From positions 11,365,324-11,429,323 of the forward strand of contig JARFYF010000060.1 in NCBI GenBank assembly GCA_030265395.1: a DNA stretch of 64,000 nt, given 5' to 3'. The position numbers and the translations under genes are program-made. Below the pieces are notes generated by a model that saw nothing but the letters and a program-made list of their open reading frames with translations, had not been told where the DNA came from and ran no database searches. How positions within the stretch are numbered: the first letter of the stretch is position 1; each line of letters opens with the position of its first letter. Shown piece by piece: positions 38,182-50,830 of the stretch. This DNA is from Rhina ancylostomus. Its lineage: Eukaryota.

Positions 38182-38400
38182 AGAGACACAGAAGGCTGCA
38201 GATGGTGTAATCTGGACCATGAAACTGCTGCAGGAACTCGGTGGGTCAGGCAGCATCTATGAGGGCAAAGGGATGGTCAGTGTTTCAGGTCAAGAACCTG
38301 TATCAGGACAGTCATGATGCAGTGTCTTAACCCGAAAATGTCAACCATCCCTTTGCCTTCACAGATGCTGTCTGACCCTCTGAGTTCCTCCAGCAATTTA
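38182..38400. mobile_element. Head-to-head inverted pair of Penelope-type terminal repeats
   Basis: ggaactcggtgggtcaggcagcatctatgagggcaaagggatgg mirrors ccatccctttgccttcacagatgctgtctgaccctctgagttcc around a centre at ~38310. Confidence 0.75.
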
Positions 38401-38627
38401 GAGTTGTACAGCATGGAAAAAGGCCCTCCGGCCCACACAGTGTGTTTTACTGTTCAATTAGAAGTTGTTACACATTCCAGGTGTCACTCTGGATGACGCC
38501 AAGAGGAATCCTTCCTCTGAATTATTTTAAGGGAGAAGATTTCAGTAATGTGTTTTCATTTCTGAACTGAAATTATTTCTCTCTAATTCTCCTGAAGCTA
38601 ACTTAGCTTCTTTCTGTTTTGCTCTAG

Positions 38628-38683
38628 TCTGTTGCTCTAATTAGTCGGATGAGAGGCCAACTCAGTAATGCCAAAAATATCAG
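38628..38683 (+). CDS. Otoancorin-like coding exon 11 (SVALISRMRGQLSNAKNI)
   Basis: Long pyrimidine tract plus ctAG, CAG|gtgagc donor, phase 0 to 2. Confidence 0.82.
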
Positions 38684-39963
38684 GTGAGCGACAAATCTTA
38701 ACATTTCAACAGATATTCTTCAAAGAATCATTGGTTTTTAAGGCTTACAGCGTTTGGTAAATTATTTTCATTTCACAGTTGATTTATAATATTTTCTTTA
38801 AGAAGGCAACATTCATTCAAACTCAAAAAAATAAAACTGAACAATATATTTGCATTTTAATTAAAGCATTTTAAATAGGGTGAATTACCATACTGTTTAT
38901 TCTCTTCTACTGTATGTGTTTAGCAGGGTGTCAAGAACGTTAACATAGTGACTGATCAGAGAATATCAGAGCCTGAGGAAACATATTTCACTCAAATTTT
39001 CCAAAGGAAAGGTGTGGTTGAATACTCACTGCAACCACAGGACTAGGAAGACAAGGCAATAGTTCAAAATTGTAGCTGAAGTATAGCACCTCAATCAGTG
39101 CAGCATTCCCCCCGTCTTACACCAGCTTATTAACGTAGATTGTGATTTCAAACATCAGGCATACAGCTTTAACTCCACAATCTTCATTGCTGGAGATGAG
39201 ATAGTTACCAGATGAATCAGACTTGCAAACGAGAACCATCAATGGTGGATCAGGGTTGGAGATCAGTTTGCACAGTGTTGCCTCTAATTTAAGTATATAT
39301 TGATGAGCTCCTTTTAAATGCAGTGGATAAGTTTATACAATGAATAAACTGACAAGCATAATTACAATCTTAAGTTTCAAGATGGCGTTGGATGTGTTTT
39401 AATGTGATTCCAAGAAATTTGAAATTAATATTTGGAAGAATTTTTGGCAGAAACAGAATATTTAGTGTGCCAGATTAAATACAATTTCTTTGCATAAAGT
39501 TATGCACCCAGAAATTGGCTTGCACTGCTAGAGACACATTAGTCAAATAACTCTCAATGGGGTTGTTCAAGAGCCTGGCACTGGGGAATTCAGAAGTGCA
39601 TAAGTGAACAGGCTTTGCACAGTCATGGACTTTCCTTTGGATGTTCCTCTATTGCTGATCAAGAAGGAAATCAATTCAATGCTGGGTCTTATGCCAGATC
39701 CAGGGGTTTATGGAGCAACAAGAAACCTGGGACAGGGATCAGATCGTGGTGGGTGCCAATTGATGGATAGAAAAGTCAGTTCGCAGTGGTGAGTGGGGGG
39801 TAGTGACGGAAGTTGGGGGCAGTGTTGTCTTGATAATAGCTGAGAGATGTAAGCTTGGAAGATAGGTTGTTGTAAATGGTGGTCAGGGTGAATACTAAGT
39901 TGTAGGGGGATGACTTCACTAATCAAGCAGAGCGTTAGTGGATATGCGGAGATGCTGTTGGTC

Positions 39964-40004
39964 TTGTGAAGTTGTGATGAGTGAATATCACCACAACTTC
40001 ACAA
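39964..40004. repeat. 16/17-bp inverted repeat followed by a direct duplication
   Basis: TTGTGAAGTTGTGATGA / TCACCACAACTTCACAA, then TTGTGATGAGT repeated at ~40007. Confidence 0.85.
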
Positions 40005-40059
40005 TATTGTGATGAGTAAAATGCGTAACAGTAAATCAGGTGAATGGATCAGAAGGTAG

Positions 40060-41260
40060 CACATAAGAGCAAGAGAAATAAATACAGAAGTAGTCCAATC
40101 AGCCCTCTATCTGCTCTGCATTCAATAAACCAATGGATAATATTTTACCATTCCTGCACAATGCCCATATCCCCTAATTCTGTTAATATCTAAACTCAGA
40201 CAATATCCTTCCTGAATATTCCCTGTAATTGATCCTCCGCAGTTTCCTTTGGTAGAGAATTCAAAAGATTCACTGTCTCTGGATGAAGAAATTTCCTCTC
40301 ATCACTGACCTGATGGGCTTGCCTCTTATTCTGGGACTGTAGTGCCTGGTTCTAGACATCCCAGCTCAGGAAAACATTATCCTTGTATCTCTCCGATCAA
40401 GTCCCATAACCACCTGCAATCCGGAAATCAACAATGGTTAACCGTCACTACCCTCCCTCAATTGCAAGTATGTTCTTTCTTGGGTAGGAAGACCAGACCA
40501 GTACACACTATTCCAGATAAATTTTCAACAGTACCATATTTAGATGGAGCAACATGTCTTTACTCTTGCACTCAAATGCGCTTACAATAAAGGCCACCAT
40601 TTGCCTTCCCAATTGTTTGCTGTATCTGCGTGTTAATTTTCAGTGATTCATGTACAAGGACATTCATGGCCCCTCTGAACACCAACGGCATGTTATCTTT
40701 ATTCTGTTTTTTCTATTAAATTGGATTACCTCCAACTGCCATAGAGTCCATACGCCATATCCTTCCCCATTGACTGAGCTTGTCTATATCTCCTGAAGTT
40801 TCTCACAAACCACATTTCCACTCAACTTTGTCCTGCCGCCATACCTGGATATATTACATTTGATCTCCTAATCCAAAGCATCAGGAGGGGCTTTGAACAG
40901 CTGGAGCCCAGCAACAATCCCTGTGGCATCTCACCAATCACAGCCTCCTCAAGCAACTCTTCCTACCCTTGGTTTCCTGGCCATTAACCATTCCACAATC
41001 CATCTTGTATTTTACTCCAATGCCAATGCCCTCTAATTTTGTTTAATAATCTCCTGTCTGGCACCTTATCAAAGACCTTCTGAATGTCCAAATACTACCT
41101 GCTTGTCCTTGTTTAAACTGGCAGCCATAATCTCAAATTCCAACAGCTTTGTTTAACACGATCTCCTTTTTACAAGTCCCTGTTGACTCTGCCCAATCCT
41201 TTTACTATTTTCCAAGTGCTTGTTATCACTGTCTCAATAATGGTTTCTGGTGTTTTGCCT
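40060..41260 (-). mobile_element. Degraded CR1 LINE fragment
   Basis: Minus strand DIQKVFDKVP (RT) near 41060-41090 and a CR1-like 3' end near 40070-40300. Confidence 0.75.
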
Positions 41261-41377
41261 TGTGCTGGTCAGGTGCAGAGCAGGGTGGCTGAGAGTTGCA
41301 AGTTTATGGGAAGACTGATGATTGTTTCAGGGTGTAGGAGGGAGCTGGGTGCCTCAAAGAACATTGCAGCAACTACA

Positions 41378-41673
41378 GGCACGGTAGTGTTGCGGTTAGT
41401 GTAACGCTTTACAGCGCCAGCGACCCGGGTTCAATTCCGGCCGCTGTCTGTAAGAAGTTTGTACATTCACCCTGTGTGTGGATTTCCTCCAGGTGCTCTG
41501 GTTTCCTCCCACATTCTAAAGATATATGAGTTAGGAAGTTGTGGGCACACTATGTTGGTGCCAGGAGCGTGATGACACTTGCAGGCTGCCCCAGAACACT
41601 CTACACTAAAGATGTATTTCACTGTGTGTTTTGATGTACATGTGACTGATAAAGATATCATATCTTATCTTAT
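41378..41673 (+). mobile_element. Well-preserved tRNA-derived SINE (V-SINE-like)
   Basis: A-box-like ggtagtgttgcgg, B-box GGTTCAATTCC at 41428-41438, V-core ggtttcctcccacatt, (TATCT)n tail, CpGs retained. Confidence 0.88.
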
Positions 41674-41839
41674 ACCTTACATGAGTTGAATTCCCAGTGC
41701 CAACCTCGGATTCATTCAGGCATGTCCCATTAATTGGACAGAAGCGGACCCACAGACCCTGTAAAAAAACTTTTCATATGATTGTCCCAGGGGTGGTGAG
41801 GGTCACACATGCAGCATTGAAAATTACAGAAGTGACGTC

Positions 41840-42060
41840 TCACATGGGTTTCCTCTGGGCATGCTGGTTTCCTCCCACATCCCAAGGATCTACAGGTCAA
41901 TAGGTTGATTGGCCTTTGTGAATTGTCTCCAGTGTGTAGATGAGTTGCAGTGGTAGGGTGTCATGGTTCTGGGTTCTGGCCCTCAATTATGGAAGTTTAA
42001 TGGAAGTTTAATGACCCAGTTGGCTGAAGAGTTTGTTTCTCTGCTGTATCACTCTATGAC
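41840..42060 (+). mobile_element. V-SINE-like fragment
   Basis: gggtttcctctgggc...ggtttcctcccacatcccaagg core. Confidence 0.65.
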
Positions 42061-42272
42061 ACCACCAGAGGTCTCAATGTACTGATGCATCAAACACACA
42101 GAGACCTGGTCTTTATGAAACTCGCACAAGGCCCAATTTTCAATTATCCTTCAATTTTCATTGAAAATGGATCACATTGAAACATGGCAGTATGTGATCT
42201 AATTTCTTGTTATTGAGTTCCATTGCTCATTATTGTTCTGATTAAATATATTTTTTATCTTTCATGTGAAAG

Positions 42273-42378
42273 TAAACTGAAGGCTGCTGTCAAAGGAATT
42301 CCGTGTGACCTCATTAACTCACTGAAAGCTGATGCAGTGAAGGCCATAGCAAACAACCCCCATGTTTCTAGTTATCAG
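42273..42378 (+). CDS. Otoancorin-like coding exon 12 (KLKAAVKGIPCDLINSL...VSSYQ)
   Basis: aAG acceptor after a T-rich tract, CAG|gtaatt donor, phase 2 to 0. VKGxxC motif. Confidence 0.87.
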
Positions 42379-42529
42379 GTAATTTTATGTCTATAATTTC
42401 GCATGAAGCTGCTGTTCACAGCAGCCAATTTTACATATTCACTTGTATTGAATCTATGGCATAGAAACAGGCTGTGCCGACTGCTATAATCTAGCCTTTC
42501 TGATGCACTTTATACCATATTTTCCTACG

Positions 42530-42820
42530 ATGGAGGCCATTCAGCCCATCTAGTATTATTCCAGCTCATAAAGCAATCTCATTCCCCACTAATTTTCCTT
42601 GTAAACTGTTCTCTTCACATTCCCATCACCTTCCACCAGCTTCTGCCACTAACCTACACGCTGTGTAAATTACAGTGGTCAATTAACCTACCAACCCACA
42701 CGTCTTTGGGATATGGGAAGAGAGAATGTGTGAACTCCACATAGATAGCATCAGAGATCAGGATTGAACCCAGGTCACTGGAGCAACTAAGCAGCAGCTC
42801 TACTAGCTACACCACTGTGC
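42530..42820 (-). mobile_element. V-SINE/HE1-like SINE
   Basis: Reverse B-box aggattgaacccagg, and gtctttgggatatgggaag core. Confidence 0.75.
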
Positions 42821-44231
42821 TATTTGTTGCTCCTGATCTTCTCCTTCTCAGCCTCTTCTAACCACACTTTCACCCAGTTTTCCACACAAGTCAGCTGCTG
42901 TATGATGATGGTTGTTAAATATTTTACAGCGCATAAGCAGATAACCAAAGACTGTGCACACACACTAAAGGTGATTGTGAATTTCATCGTCCATCTCTGC
43001 TTTCGCTGAGATACACAAACTGGAGAAGGAACTTCCAGGATGGAATTGAGAACATTGGTCTCTTTGTCAGGAGCACAGTGTAGCCCACTCAAAACACTGG
43101 AAGGAGTGTGCCATCTCCTAAACCACACATCCACCCACCTGCCTCATCAGTGACCTCAGAACCCCCTGAGAAAAGCAATGGAATCAACACATCCTTAATT
43201 CCAAAGGACTGCCTGAAAAGAGAAGACTGTAGAAGAGTTGCCTTTTAGTCAGTTAGAAGGCCATACTTAGCAGATTTATTGCATCAGCTTAATGTAAACT
43301 ATTTTATTTGGTCATTATTTTTCAATAAGGTTTGGCACTTGCCTCACCTGGAACTCAACCTAAAAGTTAATTCGTAGAATATTGATTTGATGAAGAAATG
43401 GCCACCATGATAGGTGCGCTTTACATTAAATGGTTAATTACCTGAATAACTCTCCTCTACATCTGATTATGCAGCTTCTTCTGCCCATAAAGTCAAAAAA
43501 TCCTGGGAGATACTGCCATTCCTCAATTGAAGTGTCAAGTTATTCCTCATCAAAGTCACCAGTTGTACCTCCCTGGAATCAGCAGCATATCCCCCTCAGT
43601 CATCAACTGCCCTCTCCAAATTTAACATATCATTCTGCCCAAAGTCCCTGAAGCCAGTAAATATTGCTCACCTCCAGTCACATTATCCCCATCCATGGGG
43701 CCAGCAATGCTCCTGTCCAGTATCTGTACCAGACCTCTCACTTACCAAATGCTTGCCTGTCGCTTAATTCCAGTGCTGAAAGAGAATAGAGTGGTAAACA
43801 TCGAGCAAGACCCTTAATGCAGAAAAAGATTTATATCAGATGAGAATTCAAATAAACCCGAGTTTAATCCCAGAGCATGCAAATTATTGACATAAACAAA
43901 ATTACCAACAAACATTTTTACTGTAAAATGTTTCCTAAGAACAGAGATGAAATTAATTTTGTACATGTTGATCCTTTTGTATGAACCTGACTTTTAGTAG
44001 CATATTATGTATTGTTTATATATAACACTACTGACATTACCCTTTTGAATGAACAAAACCCTTAGTTTAAGATCCTAAAGCTTAATTTACAATATTTGAA
44101 AAGGTTACAAAATTTTTAACAAAATTGTGTTGGCAACGTTTCAAAATTTGCAATGTTACAGATCTTTTCAGCAATAATTTTGTTAGCAACACCTCTCTTG
44201 CATATTTTGACACTCCTTATGTAATTTACAG

Positions 44232-44350
44232 ATTCGCTGTTCTGCTGGNNNNNNNNNNNNNNNNNNNNNNNNCAGTCGACCAAATTACTACAGCACCCTC
44301 ACAGAGGAAGACATTAATGAGTTCCTGGCTTCATACTTGATTTTTGAGCC
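44232..44350 (+). CDS. Otoancorin-like coding exon 13 (IRCSAG-[24 N]-SRPNYYSTLTEEDINEFLASYLIFEP)
   Basis: tttacAG acceptor, CC|gtaagt donor. Frame is preserved across the 24-N run (44249-44272); phase 0 to 2. Confidence 0.82.
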
Positions 44351-44639
44351 GTAAGTAATCATGAATTTTTCCCACAACTTCACCTTTCTTGTCAAATAAA
44401 TAGAAAAGGAATAAGACACTTGACTTCCCATTTTTTGTGCCTCGATTAACCTGACTTAAGGACTCCACTTCTTTCTAGAAAACCATGATTTCTTGCATCT
44501 TAACTTCCAGTTGAAGGTGTAAAGCACATAAACGCTTTCAAAACTGATAGGATCATGAGTTGAAGGGGTTATGAATGAGGAGACATTGAACAGACTTGTC
44601 CTATCCTTATTAGAGTTTAGATGGATTAGAGGAAATTGA

Positions 44640-45900
44640 TGGAGTGGATGCTGAGAGAAACATAAACAGAAAATACTGGTAAGAGTCAGCAGGTCATTCA
44701 ACATCTGTGAAAAGAGGAACCGGGTTTATAATTCTGGTGGAAGACCCTTTTTTGAGTTGGGGAAAAGAGGAAACTAATTAGTTTTAACTTGCAGTGAGAG
44801 TGCGTAAGGGACAGTTGGACAAAGGGAATTTCTCTCATAGGGTGAGTACAGGGTTGTTGTGGAGATAAGTTTCGAGGTCTTCTGGTCAATGGACAGTTAG
44901 AAAGAGAGAAAAAGAACAAAAGCTATGAAATAAGGGTAGTTAGAGAGTGAGAAGACAAACAAAGCAACATAAATGTTGTGAAATGCAGAGCTGTAGGGCA
45001 TTTCCATTGGGTCAGGTTGTGCTCATGGGGAGAGAAAAACTGAGCAAATATCACAGATGGATGACTTGCAGATGAAATGGTCAATTCTGATGTGGACAGA
45101 GATAGCAAGTTACCTGAAATTATAGAATTCAGTATTGAGTCTGGAAGACTACAATGTGCCCAGACAAAAAAAATGAGGTGCTGTTCCTCAAGCTTGTGCC
45201 TTGTTGTAACAGTGCAGGTGGCTATAGACAGGTGTGTTAGAGTGGGAATTAAGGTGGCTGATAATAGAGATCCCTGAGCTTCCCTGCACATTGAATGCAG
45301 ATGCTCCCCAAAGCATGTGTATTTTTTCCATTACAGAAGAGATTACATTGTGAATCCTGAATACAGTACAATAAATTGGAGTAAGTGCAAATGAATCACT
45401 TCTTTGGTTGGAGAGACTGTTTTGGGAAGGAAAGAGTTCAAAGGACAGGTGTTACACCTGCAGCTGCATGGACATTTGCCACATAACAGAGAATGGTTGG
45501 TGGGGTTGGAAAGTTGAGCAAGGAGTCGCTAAGGGAATAGTCCCTATGAAATGATGAAGGGGAAGGGAATCTAAATGAAGCCTGTGGAAACTATCAGCTT
45601 TTGAATGTGGAGGCTGGTGGGGTGGAAGGTGAGGACAAGAGGAATTTTATCCTTACTCTCAGGAGGAGAGGACATGAGATCAACAGTAAGGGAAATAGAT
45701 GAGATGCAGTCAAGGGCTCTGCCAGCTCTGGTGGAGGGGAATCCGTGGTTTAGGGACAGAGGAAGACATCTCATTCACCTGAGATGGAGATAAAGTGACC
45801 CAGAAAGGGGTGAGATGGATCATGTGGAGCTGAAAGCAGGGTGGAAGTTGAAAACAAGAGTGATGAAAAATTCTGTACGAGCGCAGGAAGCAGTACTGAT
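44640..45900 (-). mobile_element. Penelope-like element fragment (GIY-YIG end and 3' tail)
   Basis: NHGFPS..AL..ISSIS, KIPLVLTFHP and TRHKLEEQHLIF on the minus strand. Confidence 0.8.
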
Positions 45901-45984
45901 GTACCAGAAAGAGTTGAGAGGATATTTATCCTAGTGGGGTATCTGCAACCAGGGGACATGGTTTCAGAATTGGTGCTCACCTCT

Positions 45985-46250
45985 TTCAGAAAGAGAGGAA
46001 AAGGAATTTCTTCTTTCAGAGAATCATGAATCTTTGGAATTCTTTACCCAGGAGACCTGTAGAATCACTGAGTATATTCAAGATGGAGATGGACAGATAT
46101 TTAAAATACAAAGGAGTCAAAGCAGTTGGAAAGATGGTGGAAATGTAATGTTGAGGTTAAGACTTGATCAGCCATGATCTTGCTCTATGGCAAGGCAAAG
46201 CTGAGAGTCTGACTGGCCTATTCCTGTTCCTCTTTCTTATGTATTTATGC
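45985..46250 (+). mobile_element. CR1 3' fragment
   Basis: aatttcttctttcagagaatcatgaatctttggaattc...atattcaagatggagatggacag. Confidence 0.65.
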
Positions 46251-46829
46251 TTACATATCCCACGTTGTTGACAGGAAAGCAACACCTGCTATTTTCAAAC
46301 TGAATAGAACTCATCATGTTTGGAAGAGTCTGAAATGAATCAATTGTTATTCATCGTCTTCATCTGAAAGGGGCTATGAGCCATGATATTCCACAAACTG
46401 GTTAGGCTGGGTTTAATTCATCTCTGCGATTACTGAAACCTTGGATTTTTTTTCAAACCTGTGCAGGCTTAAAACATAACACTGCTGATTCCCAAATTTT
46501 TCCTGTGATCAAAAGTTCTGAGGTATAACCTTGGGATATGAGTCAATGTGTGACAAGCAACCCACAGCAAGTATCCACATGAAATTAATGAAGTGCCAAG
46601 AATGTAAAAATGGTACGGATACCAGTGAACGGATGCCCAGTCATCAACTGTATTCAAAACAGAGATCAATAGATTCCAAGATATAAAAGGAATCAAGAGA
46701 TATGGGTTAGGGCAGGCAAAATTGTTTGAAATAGAAAACAACCATGATCATGTTGAATGGTAGAACAGGCTGGGAGAAATGGCCCATGTTTTCTTCTGTT
46801 TAAGTGCAATGATTGAAACATTTGCAAAC

Positions 46830-47382
46830 TTTGTTTACCAGTGTTTGGAGTACTCTGTGCAGTTCTAGTCATCTCATTACAGGAAGGATGTGGAGGATTT
46901 GGAGAGAGTGCAGGAGAGATTCACTGGGCTGTTGTCTCAAATTGAGATCATTAGCCTGGAGGAGAGTTTGGATAAACTTGAATTGTTTTCTCTGGAGCAT
47001 TGGAGGCTGAGGGGCAACCTGATATATAAAATTATGAGAGGCATAGACAGGGTAGATAGAGTATTTTTTTCCAGGGTGGAAATGTCAAATATTAGAGGTC
47101 ATTGGTTTAAGGTTGGAGGAGGAAAGTTTAAAGGAGATTTACGAGGCAGTTTTTTTATGCAGAGAGTGGTGGCAGGTGAAGAACATGCTGCTAGGGGAAG
47201 TGGTGAAAGCAGATACAATAGCAAATATTCAAGAAGCATTTAGACAGGCGCATGAACAGGCAGGGAATAGAGAGATATAGACCATGTGCAGGCAGATGGG
47301 ATTAGTTTGGATTGGCATCATGTTCACACAGGCATTGTGGACCGAAGGGCCTGTTCCTCTGTTGTACTGTTCTATGTTCTAA
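46830..47382 (+). mobile_element. CR1 LINE 3' fragment
   Basis: DLERVQERFTG...LFSLEHWRLRG and tail ttctatgttct. Confidence 0.9.
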
Positions 47383-48984
47383 GTTCTGACAGCAAGCACA
47401 TGGAATTAATTGCCTGTTTATCGTAATTAAGCTGTGGCTTTAGCAGCAAAAATAATTGCAGCAAAATGTTAGATGAGGTTTTAAGCAAATTGATGCCATC
47501 CACTTCCAAAAATTAAAAAAATGTTCATTTATCCTGAACCATGAAGTCGGAATTGCTGGCTGTCTAATCATCTTGTTGAAAATTATCAAAACAAAAAAGC
47601 TGCCAACAGTTTTAGTTGCTACAAGTTGTGCCCTATAAAGTCATCAATGGCAGGGTAGGGGAAGTGAAGGGTCACTTTACGGCATGCCAGTGTTTGCAGG
47701 CCAGCTGCAGTAAATTTCAGCAGGGTCCAGTCCACCAGCACATTGCTGAATGTTCCTCACACACTTTGCCTCACGCCCTGCACCACTGAGAGGAGAGGAG
47801 GGAAACAAGGAAAACTACCTGAGTAAGTTTCCAAGCCCCAGGCTGGCATCTACTTGCAGAGTAATGCTATTAAAACATAGCTGTTCTCAAAGAGAAGGGC
47901 ACCTTCGACCACGTGCCTCTCAAAAAAATACTCTGCAGTGATTTATACCAGCCCATTCAGGTCTGATGCAGAAATTGCATAATCAGTAAGACGTGGAAAT
48001 TATTGGTGCAAAATGATTGACGGCCAGAGTGCCAGATTTCCAGTGTGGCGCGATTTGACTGGAAGATCTGTGCCACTACATGAAAGAATAGAATCAGTAC
48101 TGAGGGCATGCTGATTGATCAGCATTGTTTAATGCATGAATTCATGTTGATGTAGTTGTTTGAGCTACCAAATTATCCTTATTTACTCAATATGGAATTT
48201 TTGCATTAATACTTTGGAAGGAAACCAATAAACATCAATGTGGTTTTATAGACTTCCGTCAAGCAAAAGATGTAACTGCTAAATGAAAATCTTCAACTTA
48301 GCAAAGATAGTGGAGGTATTAATATACATTGAAACATTTCGGGTGCAGAGAAAAATGATTGACAGAGAATAGGATGCAGGCACTGTAAATGTCAGCAGAG
48401 GAAACCAATCTAAATAGTGTCATCCATCAGTTACACAGCCTGATAAAAAAAAGTACATGGAATTCTGCCTCTGGTAAATGTGATTATTATGAACATGTAG
48501 CAGTGTAGCAAGCAGCCTGGATATACCATGGGCCAGATCATCGAGATAACATTCCAGAGAGAAATGGGGAAGGGAAGTTGTTAGTTTCAGAACTCAGATC
48601 AGGGAAGGGGAGAGTTCAATACAAGCTTCATTGTAACACCCCTTTAACCGGCTGATTTCCCAGATATAGTCTGGGATAGTGCTAATCCTGTCAGACCAAA
48701 TCAGTGGAATCCTCAAACACTGATTATTTGTAAATGTAAAGTGACTATTAGTTGCTTTAGGCATGATGTACTTTCGGGTGCCATTTTGAGAATATAGTAG
48801 ACGACGCAGCATCTTGAAAATCTGTGCTCAACAGCCCAATTTCTTGGACTATTTATTTATTCTGTCAATTATAACTTTGGTTTCCTTGTCAGGCATATGT
48901 ATATGCCCAGTGAAATCCCACCTGTAGTTTCTCGATCTAACCCTGAACAAACAAGCTGTGTATACCACTTCATATTCTCACCTC

Positions 48985-50830
48985 ACTGTGGTCTTTCTGT
49001 ATGGGACTGACAAGCAATGTCAAATAATAACTTTGTACCTGCACCAATAAGCATTTACGTTTAATACTTTCCAACAACCAGGAGATGGGGACAAGTTTTA
49101 TTTCATCAGCTTTGATCTCAGGTTTCACAGGTGAAAGACAAGAATTATTTGCTTCTGCACCCATTTGACCGCAAGCACTTAACATAAACCCAACCAGTTC
49201 AATTGTGTGACATATATCCACCAATGATGTGTACATTGTTGTACATTTGCAAACAATCTGGCACAGATTTAAAGTTTTACAGACGGCATGAGGTGGTAAT
49301 TGAGATCGGGTTACTTCACAATGTGTGAGCTTTGCTTTGGCTGCAATACAACTAGTTAACAAAGTGCAAAATTAACTTACAAAAATGAAATTTAAAATAA
49401 ACCACTCTCTTCCCAGGTTATAATATCAAGTGTTAAATACCAGTCATGGGAGTCTCCATGCATCTGGACAATAAGGTCTGCTTTTTATGGCCAGTATTCA
49501 GGCCAATACAATTCACTGCTCATCAATCACAGTGCTCAAAATCAGATACCAACATTATAACAACAACATTCATTTTCATCTATAAAATTCATCATAAAGA
49601 TTTATTGATAGTGATACACAATAACAATTGACCACTATTTTTGAGCATGATAAACAGCTAGCTCAACTGAAAACTTTCCTGCCAAAAATTTGAAACATCC
49701 TAGGCATGAAATATTTCCACAGTATAGTGGTCTGGTTTATGATAGGTTGTTTTTTTATTCATGCCTCAAAGCAAATTTNNNNNNNNNNNNNNNNGAAGTG
49801 AATCTGTGTTTGCCTTGAGAATTAGAATACACCAGCCTAATGTAGTATTATTGAAGCATGATATGGTGCATTGTTCAATTAATGTTGAACTATATCACCT
49901 CCATCACTTTTTCCCAATGGCATTAAAAAATGATTTAATTTTAACCTTGAATTTACACCTGTGCTAGGATGCACAGCGAGTCTTTAAAATTGTTTCCATA
50001 GCAACTAAAAATAACAACAAACTGGAATCAGTTAATAAAAGGATGGAATAACACATCATTCCATTGTGCCCACTCATCACCATTGGAGGCAGAAAACAGC
50101 ACAGAATTTCAATGATTTTGGTACAAGAAAGCAGATAGCAGACTATTGCATGATAAAATCCAGTAGACACAGTTCATGTGGGTCATTTCCAATTTATTTT
50201 TAGAATCAAAAAAAGACTCCAGTTCAAAAAGATGTCAACTATACAAATGCCTTGAAATTAGGCCAATGGAAAGTTTATGTTCACCTTTGTGAGAATAGCA
50301 AATGTTTCAACCAATGACAAAACAGGAAAATATTTTAACATTGCACAGTTTTGAGTTAAAAGTTTTTATTATGTTGAAGTAAAAAAAGTTATCAGGGTAT
50401 TAAAAGTTGTTTAATCTCTCCTTTTTATTCTTTCAGGAGATAAAAATATGCAGAAGACCTTTGTGAGTGTGAGCTTAGATGACGTAGAAGTGAAATAACT
50501 CTAGGACAGTGGTGCAAAGCAAGCAACACTAAATCTGTAGCTGTTTGTCAAAACAAAAACCAAATGTAGATTAATGCCTTGGCTAACAAAGCAGGAAGGG
50601 ATTCCGGAAAAAGGCATGACATATACCTTCAGTATTACTCCACAATATAATCTCAGATCCAAAAATTGTATAAGAGGGAGGTCATAAGGCTAAGATGAAG
50701 GTCTGGAAATTCCTTTGCACGATGCCAAAAAACAGGGCAATATGGTTAAAAATTGGTTTAATCCAGAACAGAGATACAGTTTGCAGATTTCTGGTGTCTT
50801 AGCACATGTCAGAAAATTATCTCTGTTATT
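48985..50830 (-). mobile_element. Putative heavily decayed EnSpm/CACTA (CMC) DNA transposase fossil
   Basis: Ordered minus-strand motif remnants: KSANC (~50785), ALFFG (~50730), AKAL (~50580), D-HMNCV (~50170), HW..WR (~49910), C-terminal IKRKCLLV...YY...SPIQKD (~49000-49065). Motifs recalled from memory; many frameshifts. Confidence 0.42.

Noticed and set aside
41378-41450. Possible tRNA gene
   Set aside because: A/B boxes continue into a SINE body and tandem tail; it is a SINE head.
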